Source of the DNA: Candidatus Saccharimonadota bacterium
GTDB lineage: Bacteria > Patescibacteriota > Saccharimonadia > Saccharimonadales > Saccharimonadaceae
Assembly (NCBI GenBank): GCA_030535695.1
Contig: JAUNRI010000001.1
Coordinates: forward strand, 1-39,062
DNA: 39,062 nt
Direction of reading: 5' to 3'
This document shows, one piece after another, positions 37,221-39,062 of the stretch. The position numbers and the translations under genes are program-made. The notes beneath the pieces were generated by a model. That model was not told the DNA's origin. It worked only from the letters and a program-made list of their open reading frames with translations, and did no database searches. Position 1 is the first letter of the stretch. Each line of letters starts with the position of its first letter.

Positions 37221-38104
37221 CAGTCCATCAACCTCCCCTCAGCCACTTTTGCTAAATGCTGACCGTAAGCAGTCTTTTTATATTTAGTTGCTGCCTCAAC
37301 TAATAATTCTTTAGAAATCCAACCATTCTTATAGGCAATTTCTTCTAACGCTGCAATCTGTACACCTTGTCTTTTTTGCACCACTCTCACAAAATCCGCT
37401 GCATCAGAAAGCGAATCTACCGTACCAGTATCTAGCCAAGCAAACCCACGCGACAAAAGTTGCACATCGAGAAGTCCATCTCCCATATACATTTCATTTA
37501 GTGTAGTAATTTCAAGTTCGCCTCTATCTGATGGTCGTACTTGTTTCGCCCGAGCAGCTACATCACCAGGGTAAAAATATAGCCCAGTCACTGCATAATT
37601 ACTCTTGGGATTTTCTGGCTTTTCCTCAATCGAAATCGCACGGCCATTTTCATCAAACTCCACTACACCAAATCTCTCTGGGTCAGTTACATAATAACCA
37701 AACACCGTAGCTCTACCATTGTTAGCATTTTCAACTGCCGCATTCAAAGTGTCTTTAAAACCAGAGCCATAGAAGATGTTATCACCCAGAATCATTGCAC
37801 ATGGTTCGCCTGCAATAAATTCTTCACCAAGAATAAACGCCTGTGCCAAACCGTCTGGAGAAGGCTGCACTTTGTAAGATAAGTTTAAGCCCATAGAAGA
37901 GCCATCGCCAAGAAGTCTTTCAAAGTTTGGCAAATCATCTGGCGTAGAGATGATCAAAATATCTTTAATCCCAGCAAGCATTAAGGTAGAAAGCGGATAA
38001 TAAATCATCGGCTTATCATAAACCGGCAACATTTGTTTAGAAGTCCCAAGTGTTAGTGGATAAAGTCTAGTTCCAGACCCACCGGCTAGAATAATTCCTT
38101 TCAT
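37220..38104 (-). CDS. rmlA: Glucose-1-phosphate thymidylyltransferase
   Basis: [51 protein letters not shown]. Confidence 0.98.
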   Translation of the reverse strand: MKGIILAGGSGTRLYPLTLGTSKQMLPVYDKPMIYYPLSTLMLAGIKDILIISTPDDLPNFERLLGDGSSMGLNLSYKVQPSPDGLAQAFILGEEFIAGEPCAMILGDNIFYGSGFKDTLNAAVENANNGRATVFGYYVTDPERFGVVEFDENGRAISIEEKPENPKSNYAVTGLYFYPGDVAARAKQVRPSDRGELEITTLNEMYMGDGLLDVQLLSRGFAWLDTGTVDSLSDAADFVRVVQKRQGVQIAALEEIAYKNGWISKELLVEAATKYKKTAYGQHLAKVAEGRLMD

Positions 38105-38122
38105 TAAAATAACTCCGATTAT

Positions 38123-39010
38123 TTATTTAATTATACCATATTTGTGCTTAATTCTCTCTATTTCAGCCGTCATAGAGTTTAGCACGTTTTCGTCTAAATC
38201 GTAGTTATCTTTGAAATATTCATGCATTTTTTCTACTTCATTAAGATGCTCTTTGCCGCGCTTTGTTGCGCTCGCACCATGCAATCTAAAAAGGTTCAAA
38301 GACCTTTTATTGTAAAAAATCTTGCCTTTTTCTAAAAGCCTAGCATAAAGATACCAGTCACCTACTTGTTTAAATTTCTCTGCCAATTTTAGATATTTCA
38401 AGAGCTCTGGCGTGTTTTTAAAAACTGCCGCTGATACGTTTGGAATCGTACACCTAATTGCCATAATTTGCTCAATCTCTTGTTTCCCCGGCCGAATATA
38501 ACTTTTAGCAAAATGCCCCGTTCCTTCCTTATCCCGAGATCGCCGAAAATTTGACATCATCAAAATCCCATACTTATTAATAATTGCCGACTCAGAATAT
38601 GCCAAAACCACATCAGAGTCTTTTTCAAACCCACGCATCACCTCTGCCAAAAAATCTTTTCTAGCAATATCATCCGCTTCTGCAATCCAAATGTAATCAC
38701 CGGTTGCAGCTTCTACTCCCTTTACCCATTGCAAAATCGCTTTTCCAGAATTTTCTTTATTCCAAATTAGTCTCAATTTCATTCCTGGCTTTAGCCTCAA
38801 AGCTTCCGCCGCCATCTTTTTGATCACTGTTTTACTATTGTCCGTTGATGCATCATCCAAAATAATCAACTCATAAATTGGGTAAGTTTGCTGGGCAATC
38901 GACAAAATCCGCCATTTCAAATATTTGGCATAGTTATAATTCGGCACAATCACCGAGACTTTCTGGGCTTTTTTCTTTTTTACTCTTTTTTCCCTATCCG
39001 AAAAACTCAT
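38123..39010 (-). CDS. GT2 family glycosyltransferase
   Basis: VSVIVPNYNY, LDDASTD, QWVKG, WIAEADD, IPNVSA, GDW. Confidence 0.9.
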   Translation of the reverse strand: MSFSDREKRVKKKKAQKVSVIVPNYNYAKYLKWRILSIAQQTYPIYELIILDDASTDNSKTVIKKMAAEALRLKPGMKLRLIWNKENSGKAILQWVKGVEAATGDYIWIAEADDIARKDFLAEVMRGFEKDSDVVLAYSESAIINKYGILMMSNFRRSRDKEGTGHFAKSYIRPGKQEIEQIMAIRCTIPNVSAAVFKNTPELLKYLKLAEKFKQVGDWYLYARLLEKGKIFYNKRSLNLFRLHGASATKRGKEHLNEVEKMHEYFKDNYDLDENVLNSMTAEIERIKHKYGIIK

Positions 39011-39062
39011 ATGCTTCTTCCACCTCTTTTAAAAACTTTTTACCGCAATAATTCTTCAAAAC

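Noticed and set aside
25900-38104. Alternative genetic code 25 (TGA = Gly) as in Gracilibacteria/Absconditabacteria
   Set aside because: TGA ends genes at expected lengths (deacetylase; rmlA with TGATG coupling to rmlC) and long genes are uninterrupted under code 11.

Overview
Chromosomal segment of a small-genome bacterium, most likely Candidatus Saccharibacteria (TM7, Patescibacteria/CPR). This assignment is an inference from gene content: a chromosomal PrgI/VirB4/VirB6-like cluster with multiple TrbC/VirB2-type pilins, very compact spacing, and standard code 11 with TGA as stop. Left to right: a small monotopic phosphoglycosyl transferase whose catalytic Asp reads as Tyr; an AT-rich 530-aa protein combining an N-terminal HNH nuclease with a central ParB/DGQHR-like domain, placed directly behind RNase Y (best candidate for an undescribed single-gene defence system); dnaJ with a CIRCE operator; a type IV secretion-like cluster (bifunctional cell-wall hydrolase, VirB4, a VirB4-partner protein, PrgI, an extended VirB6-like protein, four pilin genes) with no relaxase, coupling protein or integrase in the window; hsp20, comF, a GT-C-like membrane protein, tRNA-Ser(GCT), tetR, groEL/groES (CIRCE), a TylF methyltransferase and uvrA; and a ~13 kb surface-glycan locus (deacetylase, GtrB/GtrII/GtrA, galE, wzm/wzt, GT-C + GT2 + DUF2304, rmlACBD, GT2). 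At least nine genes have a -10 hexamer 6-7 nt before the ATG, indicating widespread leaderless mRNAs. All family calls come from reading motifs by eye; no database searches were run.
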